This document shows positions 45,704-57,629 of a DNA stretch of 64,000 bases, piece after piece; the stretch's first letter is position 1, and each line of letters starts with the position of its first letter. Origin of the DNA: Pseudomonadota bacterium (GTDB lineage Bacteria; Pseudomonadota; Alphaproteobacteria; Dongiales; Dongiaceae); assembly GCA_016183985.1 (NCBI GenBank), contig JACPDN010000005.1, forward strand, positions 312,901-376,900, written 5' to 3'. The position numbers and the translations under genes were made by a program. The notes under the pieces were generated by a model that searched no databases, was not told where the DNA came from, and was given only the letters and a program-made list of their open reading frames with translations.

Positions 45704-46057
45704 CTATTGGGCCGTCAATTCCTTGATGCAGGCGAGTTCCGCCGCATCGCTCTGTTCTTCACTCACGTCGCTCGGCTTCAGCTTGCCGTCGACGGAATAG
45801 GTATCGATCACGCGGTTTACGGCGCAGGTACAGGCCTGATCCATCTGTGCCGGCTGCAAGGCGGTTGTGGTTTGCGCCTTCTTCAGCACCTCCGGCATGC
45901 GCACCTTGCAACCGAGGACCATTGCTTCCATCTGCTGCGCCCGCGCCTCGGGCGTCGATACGTCGATAGTGCGCTGCATGCCCCAGACGAAAACCAACGC
46001 CGCCAGCACGATCACAGCGACCACCGCAATCAGCACGATTCGAGCAAAGATCTTCAT
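45704..46057 (-). CDS. Hypothetical membrane-anchored protein with C..CxC..C pattern
   Basis: N-terminal TM helix; LGCKV, ACTCAVNRV, ELACIKE. Confidence 0.65.
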   Translation of the reverse strand: MKIFARIVLIAVVAVIVLAALVFVWGMQRTIDVSTPEARAQQMEAMVLGCKVRMPEVLKKAQTTTALQPAQMDQACTCAVNRVIDTYSVDGKLKPSDVSEEQSDAAELACIKELTAQ

Positions 46058-46071
46058 CGCCTAACCGGCCC

Positions 46072-46410
46072 CTATTTGCCCTGACACTGAGCGAAATAGG
46101 GCTTCATCTTCGACGCCCCCGGCTCACTTTCCGGGTTATTCGCAAAGGCGATGATCTCGCCCGCACTCAGGTGACTGACCACCGCCTGCGACGTGCATGC
46201 ACAGTATTTCTCGATGCTTTCGCCGAGACCGCCTTGGTCCAGCTTCTTGCCGCGAGACTGAGCCTGGGTTTCGAGGGCACTTTCGCATTGGCCGGCAAAA
46301 TACTCGAAAAACTGCTTCTCGAGCGGCGGCCGCAACTCGTCGGCTCGCGCTGGCAGAATGGCCGCCGCCAAGACGGCAACACTCACTATCAAACCAATAC
46401 GCATCGTCAC
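46072..46410 (-). CDS. Hypothetical secreted protein with C..CxC..C pattern
   Basis: Signal peptide; GQCES, YCACTSQAV, AQCQGK; GTGA overlap with the pdhC stop. Confidence 0.65.
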   Translation of the reverse strand: MTMRIGLIVSVAVLAAAILPARADELRPPLEKQFFEYFAGQCESALETQAQSRGKKLDQGGLGESIEKYCACTSQAVVSHLSAGEIIAFANNPESEPGASKMKPYFAQCQGK

Positions 46411-47699
46411 ACCAGCATCGCCAGCGGCTGTTCAATGAGGCGCTTGAACGCCGCCAGGAATTCGGCACCGATGGCGCCATCAACCGCACGGTGATCGACC
46501 GAGAGTGTGCAACTCATGACATTGGCAACCGTGAGCTGACCGTTCTTCACCACCGCACGCTCTTCGCCGGCACCGACAGCCAGGATGCAGGCCTGCGGCG
46601 GGTTGATCACGGCGCTGAACGACTTGATGCCGAACATGCCGAGATTTGAAACCGAGAAACTGCCGCCTGTGTAATCCTCCGGCTTCAATTTGCCCTGCTT
46701 GGCACGGCCGGCGAGATCCTTCATCTCGACCGAGAGCTCGGTGATGCGCTTCCTATCGGCATGGCGCAAGATCGGCGTAATGAGACCGCCTGGAATGGCG
46801 ACCGCCACAGAGATGTCCGCCGATTTGTACATCTTCACGCCGTCATCCGACCACGAGGCATTGGCAGCCGGCACCTGTTTGAGGGCAACCGCGGAAGCCT
46901 TCACGACGAAATCGTTGACCGAGACCTTGTAGGCACCGGGGCCATCCTTCGGCGAAGCGGCGTTCACTTCTTCACGCAGCTTGAGCAATTTGTCGATCTC
47001 GCAATCTACCGTGAGATAGAAATGCGGCACGAACTGCTTCGATTCCTGCAGGCGGCGCGCGATGGTCTTGCGCATCGAGGTGTGCGGGATGAGTTCGAAT
47101 TCCGGCTCGCCGAACTGGGCAGCACCAGGGATTGCCGGTGCGGCACTCGGTGCCTTCGCAGCGGCAGCAGCCGGCGCGGGCTTCGCGCCACCCTTCGGTG
47201 CCCCTTCAAGATCGGCTTTCACGATACGGCCGTTGGGACCGCTCCCTTTGATCGACGAAAGATCGATGCTCTGCTGTTCGGCGATGCGCTTGGCGAGCGG
47301 GCTCGCAATGACGCGGCCACCGGCGGCAGCCGGCGTCGCGGCAGGCTTGGCTGCCGGAGCGGCTTCGGCCTTCGCTGGAGGAGCGGCAGGTGCCGCGGTG
47401 GGTGCAGGTGCAGTCTTGGTCGTGGGCGCAGCACTGATCGCGCTGGCGTCCTCACCCTCTTCGATCAGCACGGCGATGACGTCGTTGACCTTCACGCCCT
47501 GAGCGCCGCCGGGAACCAGGATCTTGGCCAGCGTGCCTTCATCGACGGCTTCGACTTCCATCGTCGCCTTGTCGGTTTCGATCTCCGCCAGCACGTCGCC
47601 AGCCTTGACCGCATCGCCTTCTTTCTTCAACCACTTCGCCAGATTGCCTTCCGTCATGGTCGGCGACAGGGCGGGCATCAGGATATTGATCGGCATCAA
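46407..47699 (-). CDS. pdhC: Pyruvate dehydrogenase E2, dihydrolipoamide acetyltransferase
   Basis: Lipoyl domain EIETDKA, ASPLAKRIA, SNLGMFG, DHRAVDG. Confidence 0.97.
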   Translation of the reverse strand: MMPINILMPALSPTMTEGNLAKWLKKEGDAVKAGDVLAEIETDKATMEVEAVDEGTLAKILVPGGAQGVKVNDVIAVLIEEGEDASAISAAPTTKTAPAPTAAPAAPPAKAEAAPAAKPAATPAAAGGRVIASPLAKRIAEQQSIDLSSIKGSGPNGRIVKADLEGAPKGGAKPAPAAAAAKAPSAAPAIPGAAQFGEPEFELIPHTSMRKTIARRLQESKQFVPHFYLTVDCEIDKLLKLREEVNAASPKDGPGAYKVSVNDFVVKASAVALKQVPAANASWSDDGVKMYKSADISVAVAIPGGLITPILRHADRKRITELSVEMKDLAGRAKQGKLKPEDYTGGSFSVSNLGMFGIKSFSAVINPPQACILAVGAGEERAVVKNGQLTVANVMSCTLSVDHRAVDGAIGAEFLAAFKRLIEQPLAMLV

Positions 47700-47711
47700 G
47701 CCCTCCCTGGA

Positions 47712-49073
47712 TTAGCGATAGCAGACGCGCTTGGCAGCATCGACAACCCATTCGGGTTGCGGCAGCGCCAGCTTCTCAAGATTGGCGGCATAGGGCAGCG
47801 GCACATCTGCGCCGCTGACACGCAGCACGGGAGCGTCGAGGTCGTCGAACGCCTGCTCCATCATCACCGAGGCGATTTCCGAACCGATGCCGGAGAATGC
47901 CCAGCCCTCTTCCACTGTGACCAAGCGGTTGGTCTTTTTGACCGAACCAATGATGGTCGCCGTATCGAGCGGCCGAATTGTACGCAGATCGATGACTTCG
48001 GCCTCAATACCGTCTTTGGCGAGAATGTCGGCCGCCGCCAGCGCCACGGCGACCATCTTGGAGAAAGCAGTGATAGTAACGTGCTTGCCGGGGCGCACGA
48101 CGCGCGCCTTGCCGATCGGGACGATGAATTCGGGATCGGTCGGAACCTCGAACGACTGGCCATAGAGGATTTCGTTCTCGAGGAAGATGACTGGGTTGGG
48201 ATCGCGAATGGCCGATTTCATCAGGCCCTTCGCATCGGCCGCCGAATAGGGCGAGACGACTTTGAGGCCCGGTACATGGGCGTACCAGCTGGCATAACAT
48301 TGCGAATGCTGTGCGGCGACACGCGACGCGGCACCATTGGGGCCGCGGAAGACGATCGGGCAGCCCATCTGACCACCGGACATGTAGAGCGTCTTAGCCG
48401 CCGAGTTGATGATATGATCGATCGCCTGCATGGCGAAGTTGAAGGTCATGAACTCGACGATCGGACGCAGGCCGCCGAAAGCCGCACCGACGGCAAGGCC
48501 GGCAAAGCCATGCTCGGTGATCGGCGTATCGATGACGCGCTTGGGGCCGAATTCTTCCAGCAGACCCTGGCTCACCTTATAGGCGCCCTGATACTCGGCG
48601 ACTTCCTCTCCCATCAGGAAGACCTTCGGGTCGCGGCGCATTTCCTCGGCCATCGCATCACGCAAGGCTTCGCGGACCGTATGCGTCGCGGTGGGGCCGG
48701 TATATTCCGGTTCGGCTGCGAGCTGTTGTTGCACGATCGTGGGCGCCTGCGGCACTGCGGCAGGCGTGTCCGCCTTGGGCGCTTCAGCTTTCGGCGCGGC
48801 GCTCTTGGCAGGTGCGGCGCCGGCGGCTTCATCCTCGCCGCGCAGGATCGCGATCGGCGCATTCACCGCGACATTCTCAGTACCTGCCTCGACCAGGATC
48901 TTATCGAGGATGCCTTCGTCGACGGCCTCGACTTCCATCGTCGCCTTGTCGGTTTCAATCTCGGCCAGAATATCGCCGGCTTTTACTGCGTCACCGGCAT
49001 TCTTCAGCCATTTTGCCAGCTTGCCTTCGGTCATCGTCGGCGACAGAGCGGGCATCAAAATTTCGGTCGGCAT
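47712..49073 (-). CDS. pdhB: Pyruvate dehydrogenase E1 beta with N-terminal lipoyl domain
   Basis: EIETDKA; [25 protein letters not shown]. Confidence 0.97.
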   Translation of the reverse strand: MPTEILMPALSPTMTEGKLAKWLKNAGDAVKAGDILAEIETDKATMEVEAVDEGILDKILVEAGTENVAVNAPIAILRGEDEAAGAAPAKSAAPKAEAPKADTPAAVPQAPTIVQQQLAAEPEYTGPTATHTVREALRDAMAEEMRRDPKVFLMGEEVAEYQGAYKVSQGLLEEFGPKRVIDTPITEHGFAGLAVGAAFGGLRPIVEFMTFNFAMQAIDHIINSAAKTLYMSGGQMGCPIVFRGPNGAASRVAAQHSQCYASWYAHVPGLKVVSPYSAADAKGLMKSAIRDPNPVIFLENEILYGQSFEVPTDPEFIVPIGKARVVRPGKHVTITAFSKMVAVALAAADILAKDGIEAEVIDLRTIRPLDTATIIGSVKKTNRLVTVEEGWAFSGIGSEIASVMMEQAFDDLDAPVLRVSGADVPLPYAANLEKLALPQPEWVVDAAKRVCYR

Positions 49074-49088
49074 GTCTGCTCCCTCCCC

Positions 49089-50096
49089 TTACGCGTCTAC
49101 CAGAACATCGGTCCACAGTTCCGACGGATCCGGTTCGGGTGAGGATTGAGCAAATTCGGTGGCCATTGAGACAATATCCTTGATCTCGCGGTCAAGGTTC
49201 TTGAGGCCCGCTTCATCGATCACCTTCTCGGCCAGCAGGCGCTCGCGCAGACGGTCGATCGGGTCGTGTTCCTGGCGCATCTTGGCCACTTCTTCCTTGG
49301 TCCGGTATTTTGCGGGGTCGGACATCGAATGGCCGCGATAGCGATAGGTGTTCATCTCGAGAATGAAGGGGCCCTCACCGGAGCGGGCATGCGCCAGCGC
49401 CAGCGCCGCCGCTTCCTTCACCTTCACCACGTCCATGCCGTCGACCTGTTGGCCGGGGATGCCGTAGGCGGCACCGCGGTCGCAGAGTTTCAGGCCGGCA
49501 GCCGAGCGTGCAACGGAGGTACCCATGGCATATTGGTTGTTTTCAATCACATAGACCACCGGCAGCTTCCAAAGCGCTGCCATGTTGAAGCTTTCGTAGA
49601 CTTGGCCCTGGTTCAGCGCGCCATCGCCGAAATAGGCCATGTTGACGCCGTTATCCTCACTGTATTTGTGCGCGAAGCCGAGACCAGTGCCGATCGGCAC
49701 CTGGGCTGCGACGATACCGTGACCGCCGTAGAATTTCTTCTCGCGGCTGAACATATGCATCGAGCCGCCCTTGCCCTTGGAATAGCCGCCACGGCGTCCG
49801 GTGAGCTCGGCCATGACGCCCTTGGGGTCCATGCCGCAAGCCAGCATATGGCCGTGATCGCGATAAGAGGTGATGACGCTGTCCTGCACTTCCGCCGCGG
49901 CCTGCATGCCCACCACCACAGCCTCCTGGCCGATGTAGAGGTGGCAGAAGCCGCCGATGAGACCCATGCCATAAAGCTGACCGGCCTTCTCTTCGAAGCG
50001 CCTGATCAGCAACATGTCGCGATAGTATTGGATGAGCTCTTGCGGAGTAACTTGCGCGCCGGCTTTGGATGCCGTGCGGGACGCTGACTTGGCCAT
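49089..50096 (-). CDS. pdhA: Pyruvate dehydrogenase E1 alpha
   Basis: GFCHLYIGQE, KGKGGSMH, FGDGALNQG, YRGHSMSDP. Confidence 0.97.
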   Translation of the reverse strand: MAKSASRTASKAGAQVTPQELIQYYRDMLLIRRFEEKAGQLYGMGLIGGFCHLYIGQEAVVVGMQAAAEVQDSVITSYRDHGHMLACGMDPKGVMAELTGRRGGYSKGKGGSMHMFSREKKFYGGHGIVAAQVPIGTGLGFAHKYSEDNGVNMAYFGDGALNQGQVYESFNMAALWKLPVVYVIENNQYAMGTSVARSAAGLKLCDRGAAYGIPGQQVDGMDVVKVKEAAALALAHARSGEGPFILEMNTYRYRGHSMSDPAKYRTKEEVAKMRQEHDPIDRLRERLLAEKVIDEAGLKNLDREIKDIVSMATEFAQSSPEPDPSELWTDVLVDA

Positions 50097-50365
50097 TAGA
50101 CCCCCCTGACTGGGTTTTGGCGTTTACTATAGGCCGCTTAGACGGACTGTCGACCGCCGGTACGGGCTGCGATTAATAAGCGGATTATCGTGGTTAAGAT
50201 TGCGCAAATCAACCATGACTAATATATTGATATAACTATGTAAATTTATAATTAACCGAAGATAAGTTAATTTCCTACTTAGGGCGCTCGGCAAGGGTGC
50301 GCCGCAGCATAGGAAAACGCGCCGAAAGTCAGCGTCGAGATGGGTTCAAAAGCGGGCTTTTTGAA

Positions 50366-50722
50366 TTAGTTGACGGTGGAAATGCCGGTCGCCGGAGAAG
50401 CGTCGGTTTGCCCGTTCAAGAAGATGACCAGATCGTCAGGATGAGCATAATTCAGCATCACCCGGGCCCTCTCCTCAAGCATGTCGAGATCGAGGGAGTT
50501 ATTGGAGAGCAACGTTACCCGCCGCTCCATAGCAGCTCGCTCATCAGCAGCCTGCACGGCTTCGGCGGTCGCGGCCTTTAGCTCTTGATTAAGGCGCAGC
50601 CAAGCCAGGATGCCACGATCACCGTGGATCGCATGGAAGACGAAATAGGCAGAGAGGCACGCCCCCAAGAGAGGTAGTGCAACCTGGCGCAGACGGCGCC
50701 TTATTTCGCGGCCAATTTCCAT
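50366..50722 (-). CDS. ftsB: Septum formation initiator FtsB/DivIC
   Basis: YFVFHAIHGDRGILAW, LDLDMLEERAR; adjacent to eno. Confidence 0.9.
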   Translation of the reverse strand: MEIGREIRRRLRQVALPLLGACLSAYFVFHAIHGDRGILAWLRLNQELKAATAEAVQAADERAAMERRVTLLSNNSLDLDMLEERARVMLNYAHPDDLVIFLNGQTDASPATGISTVN

Positions 50723-50831
50723 GTGCCTAGCGAATCACACTCCGATTCCCACCGTCAATAGAAAATCGATTCAAGACGTTAGAAACGGTGGTTTGAGTCG
50801 AAAATGAGAGTCGCGCGGGTATATGCAGGCC

Positions 50832-52148
<1,317 letters not shown>

Positions 52149-52207
52149 TTATCTGCCGAGTTATAGGGGGCCGGAACGTCGCTATAAAGGGAAAATACCG
52201 TGGCGTT

Positions 52208-53494
52208 TCAAATTGCGTCGATGCTCTTGAGCGCCGATGCCACAGTCTCATTGAGCGCCGCCTTCTCCGTCTCGGCGATACGCTGCATGAGCGGGTCGAT
52301 CAAGGGGACCACCTCCTCCACCGCCTCGCCCAAGGCAATGCCCAGATGATGGCAAACGTCATGAATCGTAAAGGTGTTGAGATCGCGGGCGAGCATCCAG
52401 CGACCATTGTCAGCCTTGGCGATGAGTCGATGCGATTTTAACGCCTCCAGCAGCCAGACCAGTCGTCCGGGATCGGCCGCCAGGCTGTGCACCAGCTGTT
52501 CGGTCCGGATGCCGGCGCCATGGGCCTGGGCCTTGGCGAGCTCAGCAAATGTCCCAAGCGACAGGCTGAGTAGATCACCACGCCGCAAGGTCTCACCCAC
52601 TTGGCGACGGCCCGAACGCCATTCGGGCAAAGCAGCCGCAATCTCCGCGCCGATCAGCACCGTGACCCAGACGAGATACATCCAGATCAGAAAGATCGGC
52701 ACTGTGGCCAAGGCGCCGTAAACCACCTGATAGGATCCGAAGAATTGCAGGTAAAGGCCGAAGCCACGCTTCAAAACCTCGAACAGCACTGCAGCGGAAA
52801 TCGCGCCGATGCCGGCATCCATGAGCCGCACCGGCCGGGTTGGAATCAGGCGATAGAACAAAGTGAAGCCCGCCGTTTCGAGGAGAAACGGCAGGATCGC
52901 TGTGAGAATCTTCAGGCCAGCCGAAAGTCCGTAGAACTCGCCGCTGTTGGCGAGCGAGAAGACATAGGTCGAGATGGAGAGCGAAGCACCGAAGAGCAGC
53001 GGCCCCAGGGTAATGATCGCCCAATAGACCGGGAAGCGGTGCAGCTTGTTTCGCGCGTTTGTGACGCCCCAGATCTTGTCGAATGCCGTCTGAATGGTGT
53101 TGATCAGCAGAATCGCCGTTAGCCCGATACCGATGACGCCGGCCACCGACGTACCACCGGCATTGCTGATGAAGGTCCCGAGATAGTCCCTGACCACATT
53201 GGCAAGGTCGGGTGCCAAATTCTGCGCCAGGATGATGATGAAATCGTCGCGTAGATCGGAGAGCGGTGGAAAGGCCGCAAACATCGCCAGGCCGATTGCG
53301 AGTGTTGGCACAATCGCCAGGAGCGACGTGTAGCTGAGGCCGGCAGCGACCCCGGTGCAGCCATCTGCCTGAAAGCGCCGCCAGACATAGGGAAGGAAGC
53401 TCATCGTGGCGCCCTTCGCCCGTGCGGCCATTGCCTTGGCGCGTTCGCTCGCTGGCGGCGCATCACCCTGCAATTGCTCCGACGATCCTTCCAT
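52208..53494 (-). CDS. YihY/BrkB-family inner membrane protein with C-terminal HTH-like extension
   Basis: AAGLSYTSLLAIVP, FDKIWGV, YQVVYGALATVPIFLIWMYLVW, LIGAEI. Confidence 0.88.
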   Translation of the reverse strand: MEGSSEQLQGDAPPASERAKAMAARAKGATMSFLPYVWRRFQADGCTGVAAGLSYTSLLAIVPTLAIGLAMFAAFPPLSDLRDDFIIILAQNLAPDLANVVRDYLGTFISNAGGTSVAGVIGIGLTAILLINTIQTAFDKIWGVTNARNKLHRFPVYWAIITLGPLLFGASLSISTYVFSLANSGEFYGLSAGLKILTAILPFLLETAGFTLFYRLIPTRPVRLMDAGIGAISAAVLFEVLKRGFGLYLQFFGSYQVVYGALATVPIFLIWMYLVWVTVLIGAEIAAALPEWRSGRRQVGETLRRGDLLSLSLGTFAELAKAQAHGAGIRTEQLVHSLAADPGRLVWLLEALKSHRLIAKADNGRWMLARDLNTFTIHDVCHHLGIALGEAVEEVVPLIDPLMQRIAETEKAALNETVASALKSIDAI

Positions 53495-53698
53495 GGCGCG
53501 CCTTTCGGGGTGAATCATTCCTAACAACTTATAGCATGCAATCCGCCCTTACCGCGAATGTACGGAATTCGACTTTTTCGGGGGATGGAGTCCGGGCAAC
53601 AAAAGATGAGGAATATCAACCTGCTTCCAAGCATAGCAATCATTTCTTTACTAGTTACGCTCAGTGTAAAGGCGGTCCCAATTGATTTGAGAGCCGCC

Positions 53699-54493
53699 AT
53701 GTTTCAACCGCTTCGTTTCGGCGCTGTCGCCATCGCGGCATCTGTGCTGACAGTCTCCGGGTTGCCTGGTTCTTTCGCGCAAGATACGACCACGACGACG
53801 ACCACTGCACCTGCGGCCGTGGAACCTGCCGCGCCGGCAGCTCCGCCACCTGCCGCGACGGCGGCTCCGGCACCTGCCGCGACGGCGGCTCCGGCACCTG
53901 CCGCGCCAGCAGCTGCGGCACCTGCCGCGCCAGCAGCGGTAGAGCAGGCTGCCTCAGCGGCCACGCCAATTCCTGCGAGCATCATTACGCCGGACATCAT
54001 CAAGGATATGCGCGAGCGCATCCTGCAGCCGGTCGCCATCATGTCGATCCTGGCTGCCAGCAAGAAGCATGAGGGCGTCGACCAGGCCGCCATCGACAAG
54101 ATGGATGAGGCCTGGAAGACGGAAGCCAAATCCGACGATCAGCCGTTCATCGCCGAAATCCTCAGCAGCCCGCTGTCTAATTACCTTCTCTATATCCAGG
54201 CGAGCTCGGCCGGGCTTTTCACCGAGATATTCGTGATGGACAAGTTCGGTCTCAATGTGGGGCAAAGTTCAGTCACCTCCGACTATTGGCAAGGTGATGA
54301 GGACAAGTACAAAAAGACTTTCGCCGTCGGCCCCGATGCGGTGTTCGTCGATGAACCGGAGTTCGATGACAAGACGAAGACCTGGCGTACGCAGGTGAAC
54401 TTCACAGCTGTCGATCCGGCAACCAAGGCAGCGATCGGCGCCGTGACGGTCGAATTCAATCTTACCGAATTGCAGCGCCGGCTACAGAGCTGA
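53699..54493 (+). CDS. Secreted stand-alone Cache/PDC-like sensor protein with Pro/Ala linker
   Basis: Signal peptide, AAPAP linker, [41 protein letters not shown]. Confidence 0.65.
   Translation: MFQPLRFGAVAIAASVLTVSGLPGSFAQDTTTTTTTAPAAVEPAAPAAPPPAATAAPAPAATAAPAPAAPAAAAPAAPAAVEQAASAATPIPASIITPDIIKDMRERILQPVAIMSILAASKKHEGVDQAAIDKMDEAWKTEAKSDDQPFIAEILSSPLSNYLLYIQASSAGLFTEIFVMDKFGLNVGQSSVTSDYWQGDEDKYKKTFAVGPDAVFVDEPEFDDKTKTWRTQVNFTAVDPATKAAIGAVTVEFNLTELQRRLQS
53805..53940 (+). repeat. In-frame 24-bp-period GCACCTGCCGCG tandem repeat encoding the Pro/Ala linker
   Basis: GCACCTGCCGCGACGGCGGCTCCG and variants repeated. Confidence 0.8.
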
Positions 54494-54510
54494 CAGGGAC
54501 GGAGATAAAA

Positions 54511-56193
54511 ATGAACTTCGCCAACCTTTCCGTTGCCAAGAAACTCATCATCGCCTTTTCGCTGCTCGGCCTGGTCATCATCATTTCTGGCGCCATTTCG
54601 ATCATGCTGACGGCCCGCATTAGTGAGGCGAACTCTGTCAACGATGCCGCCGAGCGCCAGGCCAGCTCGATCAATGCGACATTGGCTGAAGCCTCCAAGA
54701 TGCAAACAGCTATCCGCGGCCTTCTCGTCACGGGCAGCTCCGATTACACCAAGAGCTATCAGGCCTTCAGTGCCAATTTCGATCAGTTGCTGCAAGAGGC
54801 GGTCGCCAATGCGGCGGGTGATCAAAATCTGCTGACCCCGCTCGATAAAATCAGCGCTGCCGTCAAGGATTGGCGGGACGGCCCGGTTACAAAGCAGTTG
54901 AAGCTGATGCGGCACCCTTCGACCGTCAACGAAGCGCGCGCAATCGAAGTGACCGGCGCTGGTGAGGAACTGACTGAAAAGCTTGAGGCTGCCGGCAAGG
55001 AAGTGGCTGAAGCTATCAAGGCGAACTCGGCAGAGGCCAATGCGCAAATCTCCTCGGCTCTTGCCTGGACGCTGCGCACGGTCATCACCAGCGCCATTGT
55101 GATGCTGGTTGCCGCCGTGCTGTTCTTCTTCGTCCTTTCACGCCAGATCGGTGCACCGATCCGCATGATCACCGGTACGATGAAGGAATTGGCGGCAGGA
55201 AACACGGCGGTGAATATTCCCTATGCGGAGCGCGCCGACGAGGTTGGCAACATGGCGGGTGCCGTTGCGGTTTTTGCCGACAACATGCGCAAGAACGAGG
55301 TTCTGCAAGCGGAAGCCGCCCAGCAGCAGCAGGCGCGCGAGAAGCGGGCGGCACAGATGACGGATCTTGCCCGTGGCTTCGACCAAGAAGTCGAGGCAAT
55401 CCTGCAGGCGCTCGTCAAGTCAGCTGATGAACTGGATCAGACCGCGGAATCGCTTAACAAGCTCTCAAGTGAATCGCTCGAACAGGTGCAGAAGGTGGCC
55501 GCAGCCGCCACCGAGGCGAGTGCCAATGTACAAACCGTTGCCGCCGCCACGGAAGAGCTCTCCAGCTCGATCATGGAAATCAGCCGGCAGGTAGCCAGCC
55601 AGGCGGAAATCGCGGCAACGTCAACCCATTCAATCGAAGACACGACGGAACGCGTGACGCTCCTCACCGCCGCGTCGACCAAGATCGGCGACGTCGTCCG
55701 GCTGATCACGGAGATCTCGAATCAGACCAACCTGCTTGCCCTTAACGCCACCATCGAAGCGGCGCGTGCGGGCGAAGCTGGCAAGGGCTTTGCGGTTGTC
55801 GCCAATGAGGTGAAGAGTCTTGCCAACCAAACGGCACGAGCCACGGAGGACATTGCCGTGCAGGTGCAATCGATCCAGACGTCGACCCAATCGACGGCGG
55901 ATTCGATCCGGTCGGTTGGCGATCAGATTCGCCAAATGAAAGATATCTCCAGCGGTGTCGCGGCGGCGGTCGAAGAGCAGAACGCGGCGACGAAGGAAAT
56001 CGCGCGCAATATTCAGGAAGCCTCGGCCGGCAACCAGGAAGTATCCGAGAAAGTCGTTTTCGTGGCGCAAGCCGCCGGCCAAACGCAGAATGCTACCGCG
56101 ACGGTGCTGTCGGCGGCACGGCTATTGGGCCAGAATACGGCCCATATCCGCAGCACCATCGAACGGTTCATCCACGACGTGCGCGCACTCTGA
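54511..56193 (+). CDS. Methyl-accepting chemotaxis protein (CHASE3-like sensor, HAMP)
   Basis: Two TM helices, [49 protein letters not shown]. Confidence 0.95.
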   Translation: MNFANLSVAKKLIIAFSLLGLVIIISGAISIMLTARISEANSVNDAAERQASSINATLAEASKMQTAIRGLLVTGSSDYTKSYQAFSANFDQLLQEAVANAAGDQNLLTPLDKISAAVKDWRDGPVTKQLKLMRHPSTVNEARAIEVTGAGEELTEKLEAAGKEVAEAIKANSAEANAQISSALAWTLRTVITSAIVMLVAAVLFFFVLSRQIGAPIRMITGTMKELAAGNTAVNIPYAERADEVGNMAGAVAVFADNMRKNEVLQAEAAQQQQAREKRAAQMTDLARGFDQEVEAILQALVKSADELDQTAESLNKLSSESLEQVQKVAAAATEASANVQTVAAATEELSSSIMEISRQVASQAEIAATSTHSIEDTTERVTLLTAASTKIGDVVRLITEISNQTNLLALNATIEAARAGEAGKGFAVVANEVKSLANQTARATEDIAVQVQSIQTSTQSTADSIRSVGDQIRQMKDISSGVAAAVEEQNAATKEIARNIQEASAGNQEVSEKVVFVAQAAGQTQNATATVLSAARLLGQNTAHIRSTIERFIHDVRAL

Positions 56194-56210
56194 TACCTGC
56201 CATCAAAGAG

Positions 56211-56250
56211 AAGGCCGGGCGATCCTGCTCAATCGCCCGGCCTTTTTCTT
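56211..56250. terminator. Bidirectional intrinsic terminator
   Basis: AAGGCCGGGCGAT / ATCGCCCGGCCTTTTTCTT. Confidence 0.8.
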
Positions 56251-56272
56251 TTGGCATATCCGGATGCAGCTT

Positions 56273-57010
56273 TTAGGCCGCGGCATCCTTCAGGAACCGA
56301 CGGTAAAAGTATCCCGTCGACGCCCCCAACGCGGCCCAGAACAGTAGGCCGGTGATGGTCGCCGCCACGATGAAGCGATGCTCCAGCGCCTCGGGTGCGA
56401 CACTCGCGTATTCCGCTGGCTGTGGTGCCCCGTAGGCATGCGGCAAGATGATGAGAACGAGGCCCAGAACGGCTAGCAACGATCGCTTGCCAAAGAAGAT
56501 GAGCGCCAGGCCACCGGCGGTAAGGATTGCTGTTGCCGCCCACCAGACCTGCCGATCGAGAAGCGGCGCCGCTTCTGTTCCCGGCACTTCCGGCGGCAGC
56601 CCCAGATTGGGCGACAGTACAATCGCCACAAAGCCGGCAAAACCCCAGTAAAGGCCGCTGCGCCAGTTCATCTGGCCACCCCAGATGCGGTAGGCCGCTA
56701 CCAACAGCAACGCATAAGCGATGCCGATGAGGACGTCAGCCATGGCGGTGTAGAGAATGCGCTCTGCACCATCTTCCGGCGCCCAGGCCGCCGCTCCATG
56801 GTCATGTGCCGAATGGTCATGACCTTCGGTGGCCTCCGAAACGGCCGCCCCAGCGGTAGCCGATTCAGCAGCAGGCTCAGCTGCATTCTCGAACACCTCC
56901 GCCGCAAGGATAATCCGCGACGTGCTCACTTGATGGACAACGGTGATGAAACCGCCGCTGATCAGTCCAGCCAACGCCGCGACGATGAACAATCGCCGAA
57001 ACGTATCCAT
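56273..57010 (-). CDS. cbtA: Cobalt transporter subunit CbtA
   Basis: AEVFE, His-rich loop HDHSAHDH, WAPEDGAER, PNLGLPPEVPG, RQVWW, PHAYGAP. Confidence 0.9.
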   Translation of the reverse strand: MDTFRRLFIVAALAGLISGGFITVVHQVSTSRIILAAEVFENAAEPAAESATAGAAVSEATEGHDHSAHDHGAAAWAPEDGAERILYTAMADVLIGIAYALLLVAAYRIWGGQMNWRSGLYWGFAGFVAIVLSPNLGLPPEVPGTEAAPLLDRQVWWAATAILTAGGLALIFFGKRSLLAVLGLVLIILPHAYGAPQPAEYASVAPEALEHRFIVAATITGLLFWAALGASTGYFYRRFLKDAAA

Positions 57011-57020
57011 GTGGGAGACC

Positions 57021-57215
57021 TTAGTGGCAGGGGAATGCGTTGGCGTGACGCGTATCGTGGGCGGCGTTGTGAACGGCTTCGATATGCGAGAAGCCAACGC
57101 CCCAAACCATGACGAGGCCAAGGAACGCGGCCATGACGGCGCCGGTCAGCGCTTCGGCGCGCTTGCTGGTCTTGGTGGAAAGGGCGGTCGACGAAAGCTG
57201 ATTAATGGTCTGCAT
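57021..57215 (-). CDS. cbtB: Cobalt transporter subunit CbtB
   Basis: C-terminal HNAAHDTRHANAFPCH signature. Confidence 0.93.
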   Translation of the reverse strand: MQTINQLSSTALSTKTSKRAEALTGAVMAAFLGLVMVWGVGFSHIEAVHNAAHDTRHANAFPCH

Positions 57216-57337
57216 AATAAATCCCCTTACTGTCATTCACGCCGGATGGGGATATCGCATCTTGATCGGCCGGCATCTTTCGACGTCACCTCGATCACAC
57301 CGCGCGGACACCCCGTCCGGAATACGGATTCGCTTCG

Positions 57338-57555
57338 CCGCTGGCAGGTCTCCTGGCTCACGAGTGACTGGCGGCGCCACCTTCCCAACCGATCTCGGCA
57401 CTTTTGCGTACCGTTTCTCGGCCAGTGGTTACTTCGGCGTCCGCCCCTCGCTTACAGTTGCGGGGGCAGTCACGGCTTTGGCCCCTATTTGGGTCGTCCG
57501 CACCGTGTTCCCTATTAATCCCCTGGAATCTATCCATTGGGGAACCATCGACATC
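57338..57555 (-). ncRNA. Cobalamin (AdoCbl) riboswitch
   Basis: GGTTC, AATAGGGAACACGGTG, GACTGCCCCCGCAACTGTAA, CCACTG, TGGGAAGG, GAGCCAGGAGACCTGCC; upstream of cbtB. Confidence 0.95.
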
Positions 57556-57629
57556 CGATCATTCGCCGAGCCGTCACGCGGCGTCAAGGAATTTGTCCAA
57601 TCCCCGACGGCCAGACATCTGCTTTTCTC

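Noticed and set aside
47530-49073. Near-identical DNA repeat at the 5' ends of pdhB and pdhC
   Set aside because: Shared lipoyl domains, normal for alphaproteobacterial PDH.
46761-49142. 793-aa plus-strand ORF, and similar long antisense ORFs (236-1678, 29812-31065, 32484-33929, 43987-45429, 50823-52166)
   Set aside because: They lie exactly opposite well-supported genes and have no motifs; these are shadow ORFs typical of high-GC codon bias.
53805-53940. Tandem repeats as a CRISPR array
   Set aside because: In-frame low-complexity linker with no unique spacers and no cas genes.
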